This document shows positions 1 to 13,381 of a DNA stretch of 64,000 bases, piece by piece. The stretch comes from Raja brachyura (Eukaryota): contig OY740787.1 of assembly GCA_963514005.1 (NCBI GenBank), positions 59,706,001 through 59,770,000 on the forward strand, given 5' to 3'. Position 1 is the stretch's first letter, and each line of letters starts with the position of its first letter. The notes under the pieces were generated by a model that was not told where the DNA came from, made no database searches, and saw only the letters and a list, made by a program, of their open reading frames with translations. The translations under genes were made by a program, and so were the position numbers.

Positions 1-170
1 AAACCTGAGGGGTAACTTTTTTATGTAAAGGGTGGTGGGTATCTTGAACGAGCTGCTCGAGGAGACGGGTCAGGCAGGTACAATTGCAATGTTTAAGAGA
101 CATTCAGACAAGTATATTGATAGGATAGGTTTAGAGAGATATGGGTCAAGCACGGGCAAATGGGACTAGG
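1..170 (+). mobile_element. CR1-clade LINE 3' fragment
   Basis: Decayed CR1 ORF2 C-terminus (LRGNFF..RVVG.WN.L...FKRH.D) and 3' UTR. Confidence 0.75.
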
Positions 171-1131
171 GGCAGAGATGATATAGGGAATTTACATGAC
201 TAACGGTATGGTGTACCGAATTATTGGTCTGAATAACTTGTTCTCTTGTGTAATTTGTACATAATCTACTGTTTGTCAACTGTGACTAGTTGCATTGCAG
301 CAAGAATTTTGTTAATGCAAGAGTTTTTTACTCGATTAACGTTACTGTTAAAATAACTTTGTATTAATTTGTAACACTATATTGGCAAACGAACCCCTCC
401 TGTGAGTTTAGTGGTTACTGTATATGGCATTTTGTGTTTCCTTTGACTCCCACTTCTGCCACCCAGTCTCTCGGCAGAGGCAGGGTGCTTCTGCTTTTTG
501 CCTTGGTAGCCATTCAAATAAACAGCAATTGTTACTAGGCATTGTGGACTAATGCCAACTCCTCGTGCCCTGTGCTTTCAATTAATCTTTCAACCACTAG
601 GTAGTTTCATCCACTGTCAACCACTAGGTAGTTGATGGAGAGTTTGAGGATTGTGGTTAAATCTCAATTTTTTTTTAAATCCCCCTTGCATTGAATGCCT
701 ACTTGATTTTTATGACTAAAAGCAAGGAGTGTGGGCCACCCCTCCCTTCCCCACCACATCCACTCTACATTACTTTTGTTTAGTTTATTGTCACATGTAC
801 TGAGGTACAGTGAAAAGCTTTTGTGTGTTAACAAGTCAGCGGAAAGTCTACATGATTGCAATCAAGCCGTCCACAGTGTACAGATAGAGACATGATAAAG
901 GGAATAGTCCCGAGTGTCTCCAATGAGGTAGATGGGAGTTAAGGACCATTCTCTAATTGTTTATAGGCATGTATTGGAGGCAAGATAGCGGTGTGACGTT
1001 GAGATGCCATGTACAGAACCATTGATCAAGCCAAAATGTTTCCGTTTGAGCTGAGAAGATGCATTCAGAGCTTTTACGCAGCACCTTAATTCATTTGGTG
1101 TAAATTAATTACTCTTGTGTTCTTTTCACAG

Positions 1132-1242
1132 AGCAAGCAAATATTCCAAATAAACTGTGGATTGGTCTGAATCAGCTGAACGTGGCCGGCGGCTGGCAAT
1201 GGTCAGATGGGACACCTTTAGTCTTTGTCAATTGGGACGATG
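1132..1242 (+). CDS. LY75: LY75 exon (CTLD1: [28 protein letters not shown])
   Basis: ttttcacag| ... |gtaaat; 111 nt, phase 1-1; WIGL and WSDG CTLD motifs. Confidence 0.95.
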
Positions 1243-4200
1243 GTAAATAATTTTCAGATAAAGCTGTTATGTCACTTTGGTTGAAAACGTATTGTGTACA
1301 ACAGAAGAGATACGAGACAAACAATCAGGATGCTGATCACAGTAGCAAGTCACAACACATTTACATTTTTTTAATATCATTTAGTGGAGTGTTTTGATGT
1401 CAACCTGATGAAAGTAATTTTCTGTTTTTTTTGTTTTATTCTACAATCTCTTTGCTGTTTCTTCATATTACGTTCCTCGATTATTTTTATTTTATGTGAG
1501 TTTGGGGCTACAGCATAGAAACAGGATCTCCTGCTGACCATATCCATACAGACCATCGATCACCCGTTTGCACTAGTTCTATGTTATCCCACTTTCTCTT
1601 CCACCCCCTACAATATGGGGCAATTTACAGATGTCAGTTAACCTACAAACCCGCATGTCTTTGGGGTTCTCTTTAATTTCTGATTTTTTTTTTTTCTTTC
1701 CATTTGAGTTAATTAGTTTCAAGGGCTTGTATCTTTCACCAGAAAATAGGAACAAGTCGACCACCTGGCCCCTTTAGTCTGCCCTGGCCATTCCATGTGA
1801 TTATTGGCTGATTCAGGGCCTGCTGGAACTTCCAGTTTGCCATTTTATTCAATTGAATAAATTTTATTAGCCAAGTATGTTTACATACAAGGAATTTGTC
1901 TTGGTGCTTTGCTCGCAAGTAACAACACGATATGCAGTAGACAATAAAAAATAAAACATTATAATTTAAACATGTGAAGAATGAAATAAAATACCAGAGC
2001 AAAAGGAGACTACAGACTTTTGCTGTTGAGTAGAGCTACAGCTTGTGCAAAAAAAAGCTGTTTTTATGTCTGGCTGTGGCGGCTTTGACAGTCCGGAGTC
2101 GCCTTCCAGGGGGAAGTGCTTCAAAGAGTTTGTGGCCAGGGTGAGAGGAGTCAGAGATGGTCTTACCCGCTCGCTTCCTTGCAGTGTGCAGTTCAGCAAT
2201 GGGGGGGAAGGTTGCAGCCAACAATCTTCTTGGCTGATCGAATGATGTGCTACAGCCTCCGGATGTCATGCTTGGTGGCTGAGCCAAACCACACCATGAT
2301 TGAGGAGGTGAGGACAGATTCTATGATGGCAGTATAAAACTGGACCATCATTGCCTGTGCCAGGGTTACACAAAAAGCTGGAGAAACTCAGCGGGTGCAG
2401 CAGCATCTAGGGAGCGAAGGAGATAGGTGACGTTTCGGGTCAAGATTGCTTGTGCCAGATTGTGTGTTCTCAGCTGCCGTAGTACATCCTCTGTTGGGCC
2501 TTTTTGGCTTTGGAGTTGATGGTGGCCACCTATTTAAGGTCCCTGGAGATGTTGGTTCCAAGAAACTTAAGACTCCACAGATGTTACTGTGGTGATGTTG
2601 ATGCTGAGTGGGGGGAGGGGGAGAGAGAGCTCTCCTAAAGTCTACAATCTATTCCACTGTTTTAAGAGCATTGAGCTCCAGGTTTGTTGCGATGGAACCA
2701 GGCTGCCAGACTGATGTTGGGCAGCAAGCAAAAGATGGGTAGTGGATGAGGGCCCAGTCTTTGCAGACTGGAGTCAGGCTCTAAGTAGGTGTGTAGTGTG
2801 TTCGGGAGGAGTGGGTGGGGGATATGTACAGGGTATGTTTCTGTCTAACGAACCGGCAATGTTCAGGTCGCTGGTGAGCTGACAATTGTCCAAGGAGCGC
2901 GGGGGGGGTCCTCTTGTAACTGGTGATTTCTTGCAAGCCGTTCCACACTAAAAAAGAGTCATTAGCTGAGAACTTTCTCCTCAACTTCTCAGAGTCCCTT
3001 TGCTTGGCAGCTCTGATCTCTCTTCTCACCTTGGCCGGCCTGTAGAGGTCTGCATCCCTGCTCCTGTAGGCTTCCTCTTTAGACTGGCAGAGCTGTCCGT
3101 AAACCAAGGCTTGTCGTTGTTGAACTTGATCTGGGTCCTAAGGTGAATGCAACTGTCCTCACAAAAGCTGACATACAGTGCCCTCCATAATGTTTGGGAC
3201 AAAGACCCATCATTTATTTATTTGCCTCTGTACTCCACAATTTCAGATTTGTAATAGAAAAAATCTCATGTGGTTAAAGTGCACATTGTCAGATTTTAAT
3301 AAAGGCCATTTTTATACATTTTGGTTTCACGATGTGGAAATTACAGCACTGTCTATACAAAGTCCCCCGTTTCAGTGCACCAATGTTTGGGACACATGGC
3401 TTCACAGGTATTTGTAGTTGCTCAGGTGTACTTACTTGCCTCTTTAATGCAGGTATAAGAGAGCTCTCAGCACCTAGTCTTTCCATCCCCTTTGGAAACC
3501 TTTATTGCTGTTCATCAACACGAGGACCAAAGTTGTGCCATTGAAACTCAAAGAAGCCATTATGAGACTGAGAAACAAGAATAAAACTATTAGAGACATC
3601 AGCCAAACATTAGGCTTACCAAAATCAACTGTTTGGAACATCATCAAGAAGAAAAGGATAAATGGTGAGCTTAAGGGACTGGCAGGCCAAGAAAGACCTC
3701 CTCAGCTGATGACAGAAGAATTCTCTCTATAATAAAGAAAAATCCCCAAACACCTGTCTGACAGATCAGAAATACTCTTCATGCGTCAGGTGTGGATTTG
3801 TCAATGACCACTGTCCGCAGAAGGCTTCATGAACAGAAATACAGAGGCTACACTGCAAGATGCAAGCCACTGGGTCGCCGCAAAAATAGGATGGCCGGGT
3901 TACAGTTTGCCAAGAAGTACTTAAAAGAGCAACCAGTTCTGGAAAAAAGGTCTTGTGGACAGATTGGACGAAGATTAACTTGTATCATAGTGATGGCAAG
4001 AACAAAGTATGGAGGAGCGAAGGAGTTGCCCAAGATCCAAAGCATACCATTTCATCTGTGAAACACAGTGGCGGTGGTGGTGTTATGGCCTGAGCATGTA
4101 TGGCTTCTGAATGTACTGGCTCACTTTTCGTCATTGATGATACAACTGCTGATGGTATTCCGTAATAAATTCTGAAGTGTATAGACGCATCCTATCTGGT

Positions 4201-7200
4201 CAAGTTCAATCAAATGCCTCAAAACTCATTGGCTGGTGGTTCATTCTACAGCAACACAATGATCCCAAACATACTGCTAATGCAACAAAGGAGTTTTTCA
4301 AAGCTAAAAAAGATCAATTCTTGAGTGGCGAAGTCAATCACCCGATCTGAACCCAATTGATCATGTCTTTTATACGCTGAAGAGAAAACTGAAGGAGACT
4401 AGCACCCAAAATAAGCATAAGCTAAAGATGGCTGCAATACTGCCTGGCAGAGCATCACCAGAGAAGACACCCAGCAACTGGTGATGTCCATGAATCGTAG
4501 ACTTCAAGCAGTCATTGCATGCAACGGGTATGAAGCAAAATACAAAACATGACTACATTCATTTACATGACATTGCTGCGTCCCAAACATCATGGTACCC
4601 TGAAATGGGGGAACTATGTATAAACACTGTTGTAATTTCTACATGGTAAAATAAAAATGTATAAAAATGGCCTTTATTAAAATCTGACAATGTGCACTTT
4701 AACCACCTGATTTTTTTCTTTTCTATTACAAATCTCAAATTGTGGCGTACAGAGGCAAATAAATAAATGATGGGTCTTTGCCCCAAACATTATGGAGGGC
4801 ACTGTATGATGTCTCAGTGTATGTATGCTCATCGAGGCTTGTGGTTGCTTCCCTGAACACATTCCAATCAGTGCAGTCAAAACAGAACTGTAGGATTTCA
4901 ATGTCCACTTTTTCATTGTTCTGACGACTGGCTTAGCAGATTTTAGTTTCTGCTTGTAGATTGGAATAAGGTTAACTACACGATGATCAGAGAGTCCCAG
5001 AGCCGCACGGGGAGCAGAGCAAATGGCATTCTTGATTGTAGTATAACAATGATCGAGTGTTCTCTCCCCTCTGGTGGAGCAGGTAATGTGATGCCTGTAT
5101 TTTGGAAGCTCTTGGCTGAGGTTAGCCTTGTTAAAATACCCCAAATTGAATGCCTTAAAGATGATCTTTCTCCCGCAGCTTTTATATTTATTTCAGTCAG
5201 TACTGATATATCTTCCCGAATCTTTCTTTAAAAAAAAATTGATTTCATTGTTACTAACTTCATTTGGGACTACAAAAGCCACCAAAGACATAAACGACAC
5301 CTGTGCAAATGCAAAGAGAAAGGAGGCCTACCTTACCCAATTTCCTCTTACTACTGGGCAATGAATATTAAAACCATAATTTTCTGGTTGGATGATTCAC
5401 GCCAACAGGCCAACTGGTTAAAAATGGAAAGAGAAGATTGCTTGCATTTCTCCATAGGCTCGGTTGTCCTGTCTCCAATACCCCTGAATAATTCAATGTA
5501 CGATCATAACCCTATAATACATGGTATTATTCGTATCTTGAAACCGTTGAAGTTCAGTCTCAAATTGAGAGACATGTCTCTCCTTCCTATTGCAAACAAC
5601 CCCTCTTTTAAGCCCTCTACTTTAGATGGTATTTTCACCCAATGGAAGAACAAAGGAATCAACACTGTGGGAGACCTACATTGGAAGGGGACTTTTTCCT
5701 CCTTCCAAGAGTTGCAGGAGAAATACGATTTGACTAATAATTTTTTCAGACATCTTCAGGTTAGGGACTATGTGAAAACATACATGCAAGACCAGAGCAC
5801 TGCAAGTCCACAGATAAACTTGATGAATGTTTGAATAGACATGCAGATACAGTGAAGTTGATATCCTACATTTACAATGTTCTTCAAAACATCAACACCC
5901 CATCATCTGAGGTTTCCAGGCGTGCATGGGAAGATGAGATGGGTCAACAAATCTCAAATGATATATGGGACGAAAGCTTACAATATATCCATACTTGCTC
6001 CTTAAATGCCAGACATTGCCTGATACAGTTCAAAGTGCTGCACAGAGTATACTATTCAAAAACCAAACTGAACAACATTTTCCCCAGTGGTTCCCTTCTT
6101 TGCGATAAGTGTCAGTTCCAAGAAGCCGCTTTAACCCACAGTTTTGTACTCCATACAAAAATAAAAACTTTTGGATGGAAGTATTCAGCGCCCTCTCCAA
6201 TTTACTGAAAATCCCACTGGAGCCAGACTCAAAACTGATAATACTGGGAATATCAGAGGCATGTAGTAAATGTACTTTTTTTCAGTGACGCTTTGTCAGC
6301 TATGGATTAATATCAGCAAAAATACTTAAATTCTGGAAAAATGCTGAAGTTCCTCCAGTGAAGATGTGGATTACAGAAATGACGGACATATTACATCTAG
6401 AGAGAATTAGGTTTATCTTGAATGATAAACTGAAGCAATTTTTAAAAATATGGTCACATTTTATTGAATGTCTTGAACAACACAATGTTTGAACACAAAT
6501 TCAAAATTACTGGTAGGGCTGGGTGAGCAGGCGTATGGGTGGGTCAACGGGTATATCTCTCCTTTTTTTTCTCCTTTCTCGCTTTAATTTAATGTCATTT
6601 TTGGAAAGTGTTAAAATTGAAGCTGTTCACAAGCTGTAAAATTGTCATGTTTTTTGTACAAATGCTTCCAATAAAAACATTGATACCAAAGTCCCTCCAA
6701 ACAATGACCATGTGTCTGGGAAGCCACTCTCTACTCTCTTTACCTGGACAGCAAGTTGTGTTTGCGCCTCACATATGCAGGCTTGGGGGGGGGGGGGGGG
6801 GGGTGTAAACTCCATGGAGAATAAAAGAGGTAAATTCCCTCTGAGAATAAAAGAGCTTACAATTCAATAACAAATATTCCAAATTAGGAGAACAGAAAAA
6901 ACAGTACTGTGATGTCGCTGCACCAGCCCTGATTAGTATAGAAGCATATTCCGATTTTAGCTCCCATTCCACTTTTTCTATCCTGGGACACCGCCATTGT
7001 CAAATTGAGGTCACACCCAAACTGGAGAAATCGCATCTATTCTGCTTACAGCCCAACAGTATGAACATTCAATACTCCAATTTCAGGTTATTTCTCCCTC
7101 TTCTTCATCTACCCACTTTCATATCCATCCCTGACCGATGTGCACATAATTCTATCCACTACCCCTGCACCCTCACCTAGTTCCTTTCCCCTCCCATCTG

Positions 7201-10200
7201 GTCATCACTTGCTCCTCCTTACTTCCAGTTCCTCCTCACCACAGCCCAAACCCATCCATTAATTTGGTTCTGTTTCGTACCCCGTCTTCTCATCGGATTT
7301 CACATCTGCGTCCTTTTGTCTCCATTCACCTCCAGCTTTGGTTACTACATCCATCTGCCAATTATCCCTCCTCATCTGAATCTACCTATCACTTGTCAGT
7401 TCTTGCCCCACCCCTTCACCCCCCTCCCAGCTTTCTCTCCTCTACCCCATCAGACTGAATGTGGGTCCCAACCTGAAACGTTATCTATCCGTTTTCCTCC
7501 TTGGAAACTACCTTATTTGCTGAGTTCCTGCACTTTTTTTTTGCTCAAGATTCAGCCCCCGCAATCTCTTGTTTCCCCAGCTCATTCATAATGGCTTCAA
7601 CTCCTCTCCTCTTCCAGTTCAACATGCCTTCAATTCTTCGATCTTTCATAATTTAAATATAGCAATGATCTGACCTTGCCAAACTCGGGTGGAGAGTTCC
7701 AGAAATTCACTCCTATGGGTGATGACATTTCTATGCATTATCACATTTTTTTCCACTGAATTTCTTGTGCATAATTCCTTTCATCCTGCCTGCCTCATTT
7801 AATAAATTGGTTACAGTTGATCAATTTATGCAATTTATCAATTTGCAAGATGTGATGTACTTCAAATGTTAATATATCTAATAAATAATGTTGAGTCTGC
7901 GCAAGACTGCATGGCTTTGCTCTGACATTCCAAAGATGTTTCAGTTTTTAGGTTAATTGGCCTCTGCAAATTGCCCCTTCTGTGTAGGGAGTGGATGCGA
8001 AAGTGGGAAAACATATAGGTAGTACGAAGATAGGCTTGGACTCTGGGCTGAGAGCTTTTTTCCAATGCAGTATCTCTAAAATAAATACTAGAGCACTGTT
8101 TCAGATGAAATGATTTTTTTATTTTAGGTATGCTTGGATTATATCATCTTGAGGAATCCAGTTGTGCTGCATTGAGCTCGGAGTCTGGTCACTGGCAGGC
8201 AAGATCTTGTGAAGCTGCTCTACCATATGTATGCAAGAAACCCTTCAATCAGACAAGTCCATCAGAGTCCATCGGTAGGTATAATATTTCAATGATGGAA
8301 TAATACTTTATTGTCATGTATCTCAAAACTTTTTTTTTGCATACAATCGGTAAAAGCGTACAGCAGACTTCACATAGCCAGTAGACAAAAGAGTTGACAC
8401 ATTTCTGACAGCGACAAAATTTCAAAAGATTTTTGTATTATCTTGTCTTCTCGCTGCGGCGAACCAGGACTGCTGGAACCCTCTTTGTCTTGGCCACACT
8501 GGGTCCCTCTACGTTCTCAATGGCTCACTGCCGGGTCCCTCTTTGTTCTTGCTGTTCCTCCCAGGTGCCGACAGTCCTGCTTTAAACATTCTTTGGACCC
8601 CAAAATTTTGATTATCTCCTGTATGTAATTTGGTGTCATTTTTGGTAATACTCTAGTGAAACATCCTATGACATTTGGTAACTCAAGTCAAGCGAGTCAA
8701 GCTTTATTATCATATGTACCGGAATGAAACAATGAAATTCTCACTTGCATCAGGACACAGGTTTGTGAACACGGAAGTGCTTGTGATGGTAATTACAATA
8801 CAATGGCTTTGGTTTTCTCAGAAGTGGTGAGGAATTTCTGATCATTCAATCCAGTGTGTTGGACAATCCGTTAAAGAAGGAACTGCAGATGAGGCAACCT
8901 ATAAATGGGAAGGAGGAGGTTACTCCAAAATAGACCATTTTTGGAGGGCACTGGACGTGACAGTGTGGCAGGGGAACAATTAGCCTTTGTCACATAGTCT
9001 ACTTATCTGCCAATCAACCCCCTCCTGTATCCATCGATCATTGCCCCACTTTTTCTCCAGCTTTCTCCCCCATACTCAATCATTTTGAAGAAGGATCCCA
9101 ACCTGAAATGTCACCCGTCCATTCATTCCCTCCACAGATGCTGCCTGATCTGCTAAGTTCCTCCAACACCTTGTATTTTGCTTGACATTCCAGCATCTGT
9201 GGTTTCTTGAGATGCCATTGTAATTGTTTTGGCTAGAATAGAATAAAAGATGATGAGTATTATTCCATCCAATAGTAAAATGGGACAGCCGTTGGGGGTG
9301 GGGGTCATGTGGCTCTTTATGCATTCTATTGTCTGAGGAAATATTGAGGAAATCAACTGGTGTACATTGGTTGCGGCAAAGGGGGTAGGGGTGATCCGTT
9401 CCAGGCACAACATTTGACATCCATGATCAGCTGTTGGCACCCAGTGTCTGATGAACACGTGCATCTCTGTTTTTTGTTTCAATGCATTGATCATCAAAGC
9501 ACTAGAATTTATCTTGTGATATGCAGATCAAGGTCCAAGAAATAACATTTGGGTTATTTTTTAACCTTGTTTAACATTGTGCGAAAGGTTCCTGGCAAAT
9601 TAACCTATTCATTGAAGGAATTCGATGCCCTTGAGAGCAGTTAGTATGCATATTTTCTAGGAAATATAAATATTTACACCTCACATAATGTGTCATAGTC
9701 ATACAGCTCGGAAATAGGCCTTCACTCCAACTTGTCCATGCTAACTAAGTTGCCCATCTGAGCTAGTCCCATTTTACTGCATTTGGCTCATATCCCTCTA
9801 AACATTATGATCTTAAGATCTTGTGATCTTATCAGTTCCTTTTTTTGTAAATATCACAGCAACATTCACATTTTTGATATTTCATCCATTGACTACTTTT
9901 TAAATTGAGCTATTTGCTTTCAGACCTGGAAATGTTCCAACTTCTGGTACAAACGCTGGGTTTAAGTGCCTCAAGATTGCAACTTTTGGTGACACTGAAA
10001 TACAGGGCAAAATTGTTTGGGACTGAATAAGTGCTATTCTTGAAAGTAACCTGACTTGACCATTTCAGTTACTGTACCTTGCCTAATAATAACTAAATTA
10101 AAATAGTTTTGTTGACATGTTTTTGAAAATATAGTCTGCAAATTTATTTCCCACTCCACTATTTTGATTTTTTTTCAATAATTTTGGAATTTAAGGGAAT

Positions 10201-12622
10201 GTCAGTAATCATAATGTGACACCAAACCCTATTTGTCACATGGTTTTCTTTTTGGTAAAGGTAATCAGCTGTCGCTTTATCTATATTGGGCTCCAGCCTT
10301 GCCAATCTGCTGAAGGCTTAACCGCCTATCAATTCAGATCCAAATGGAGATGACCATCACTGCAGCATTTATTGTCTATTTGCAGCCCATAAAGAAATAA
10401 TTTCAAATGGTTGCATAAATCGTTATGAAAAGTCTGGATGTTCCGTTTCCGTGCTGTATAACTCCATGAATCAGTTACATGAAAATTTTTTTAATTTAAA
10501 TTCCGAATGTTGAAACTTTTTATTTACTTTGGTCAACAGTCCTGTTCCAGCTTTTTAAAAAAAATTGAGACATGGCCGACAGCTTCTCAAGATTTACTGT
10601 AAATCCCATTAAGTCTCCAGATAAAAATTCCATGAATCGTAAGAAATTGGTCATCAAGTCTCACTTAAATATTTAGCGCAGAACTGCATCAACCAGATCT
10701 TCTTGAGCATGTTGGGTGTTTATATTTTTAGAGTTGGCTGTGCCTGTAAAAATGATCAAAACTGCATCTCCTGCCAAATACAGTAGTTCAGCTTCCTTTC
10801 CAGAAATGTCCATTGGGAAAACTGGATCATAATTTGGAAAATGTGTCATAGTAGACCTACTTGGGGTAATCCAGTTTCTGCTGCAGATACTTAAACAGAC
10901 ATTAGATTCTTCGTTTACATATCCATGAGGCATGAGGTTAGCATCCCCTGACATTTAGATGCAAAGTGCTAGAGTTACTCAGTGGGTCAGGCAACATCTC
11001 TGGAGAAAAGGCTGGGTGACATTTTGTGTCGGGACCCTCCTTTAGACCCAAAACGTTAATCTGAAAAAGGATCCCAACCCAAAACGTCACCTGTATTTTC
11101 CAGAGATGCTGCCTGACCCGCTTAGTTACTCCAGTACTGTAAGTCTATCTTTGGTATTAACCAGCATTTGCTTCTATGCTTTGATGGCCAGAGCTAGTTT
11201 CAGAAATGTGGGCACTTTGAGTCTGAAGAAGGGACCTATGTAGCCTATCCACGTCCTCGAGCTGCTGCTGACCCACTGAGTTACTCCAGTACTTTGTGTC
11301 CTATCCTAGTTTCACCTTGTTTATAGCTATCTTTGTTAGCTATAGCAGGTTAATCTGACCAAACTCTGTGCTTGTAAAACAAATACAGTGGGAAGCACTT
11401 TCCAACCAAAATTATTTAACTACATTTTTTTTACATAATGTAATGTTGAAAGACCATGATATAATGTTGAAAGTAGACACAAAATGCTGGAGTAACTCGG
11501 GTGAGGCAGCATGTATGGAGAGGAGGAATGGGCGATGTTTCCGGTCAAGACCCTTCTTCAGACTGATGTCGAGGGAGGGGGCGGGACAAAGATAGAATGT
11601 AGGCGGAGACAATAAGACTAGTGGAAGAACTGGGATGGGGAAGGGGAAGGAGAGAGAAAGTAAGGGCTGTTTGAAATTAAAATTGTTAACATTCTTTGTT
11701 GGTTTGTAACAGATTCTTGGAAGTACTTCAACACAGAATGTGCGCCCAACTGGCTTGCATACAATGGCTTCTGCTTCTTTATGCACAAGGAAGAGTTGAA
11801 TTGGGATGACGCAAGTAGCTTCTGCAAATCCAATGAAAGTGAACTCATCAGCATACAATCGTTGGCGGATGTGGAGCTGGTTGTCACCAAGCTTCATGAA
11901 GGTAAGACTTTGCGCCCAGTACTTTAGAGATGCAGCATGGAAACAGGCCCTTCGGCCCACCGAATCCACACTGTCCACCAATGCCCGTACAGTAGCACTA
12001 TCCTACACTTGAGCGACAATTTACAGAAGCCAATTGACCTACAAACCTGTAAGTCTTTGGAGTGTGGGAGGAAACCAGAGCACCCGGAGAAAACCGGATA
12101 GGAAATGGATAGTTGACGTTTTGGATCTGGACTAACTTGCCAGTGGTCAAAATTGAATTTCTAATCTGCTACATTGTTGGTCCAATTTTTTGTTGATGTT
12201 TAAAATGGTGGATTTCTTTATGTACTATTCACAGTTATATTTCGATAGCTAGTGTTATTTGTTCTTTAGCCTACAGATCTGAGGTTTGGACAGGATTAAG
12301 TACCACCAGTTTCCCAGCCTTGTTTAACTGGTCAGATGGATCTACCGTGACATTCACTTACTGGGACAAGGGGGAACCCAATATCCCCTATAACACCACA
12401 ACACACTGTGTATCCTACTCGGGAGAGGCAAGTTCTGCACTAACCTATTACTTTGACCGTCTCACCGGTGTGATTCTGTTAGTTTGTTAATATGTGGCTA
12501 AGACCTAATTATAATTGGGAAGTAGGCAACTGTCCTGATTCGGGGAGAATGTTCAGCTTATCCCTGCCTTGGATGCGTGACAACCCTTCAGTTGGCTACT
12601 GAAGCTTTAATTACATTTTACC

Positions 12623-12687
<65 letters not shown>

Positions 12688-13345
12688 ACACTCCTTTCAA
12701 CATTCTGAAGGGACGACCTTCCATGACTTGTTAGAGATACAGCATGGAAACGGGACCTTCGGCCCACCAAGTCTACCGACCATTGATCACCCGTTTGCAC
12801 TAGTTCAGTTATCCCACTTTCCAATTCACTCCCTACACGTTAGGGGCAATTTAAAGGCTATACAATCTACAAATCCACTCATCTTTGACTTAACCAGCGC
12901 ACTCGGTGTAAACCCACATGGTCACAGAGAGAACGATCATACTCCACTCAAACAGCACCTGAGACTCAAGATCGAACCAGGGTCTCTGGTGCTGTGAGGC
13001 AGTAGCTCCACCAGCTGCGCCAATGTGCTGCTCTTGATTGTTAATTGATTGCTAAAATTCTCTAGGGCATCTCAATGTCTTGTAAATATTACTTTCCTTT
13101 AATGTTATAGGGTATTGCATTCAACACGATGAAAATTGATTAAATTATTCATAGGGAACCTTTATACTTTTATATTTTGCAGTTGGGTCGATGGAAGGTT
13201 GAACAGTGTGACGTGAAGCTACCATATGTTTGTAAAAAGGCGGGCAAGGTTAGGAACGAAACGGGTCTGTCTGATCTAGGATGCCCACAGAATGAGGTAA
13301 TTACTTTATACCCTTGAGGTGCGCACGTAATTCCTTTTTTGTGGT

Positions 13346-13381
<36 letters not shown>

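Larger units (their letters stand above)
1850..6910 (-). mobile_element. Rex1/Babar-clade LINE, decayed, RT core deleted, split by three younger insertions
   Basis: Minus-strand peptides [25 protein letters not shown] / GDF-NKANL...LDHCYT...LSDH / [12 protein letters not shown] / [15 protein letters not shown]...NSFF; 3' tail near 1850. Confidence 0.82.

Noticed and set aside
12271-12277. Acceptor ctacag| at 12276 for the CTLD2 exon
   Set aside because: It is out of frame with the preceding phase-1 exon; the AG at 12268-12269 keeps the frame.
12960-13030. tRNA genes
   Set aside because: The B-box-like motifs belong to decayed SINE heads; there is no cloverleaf.
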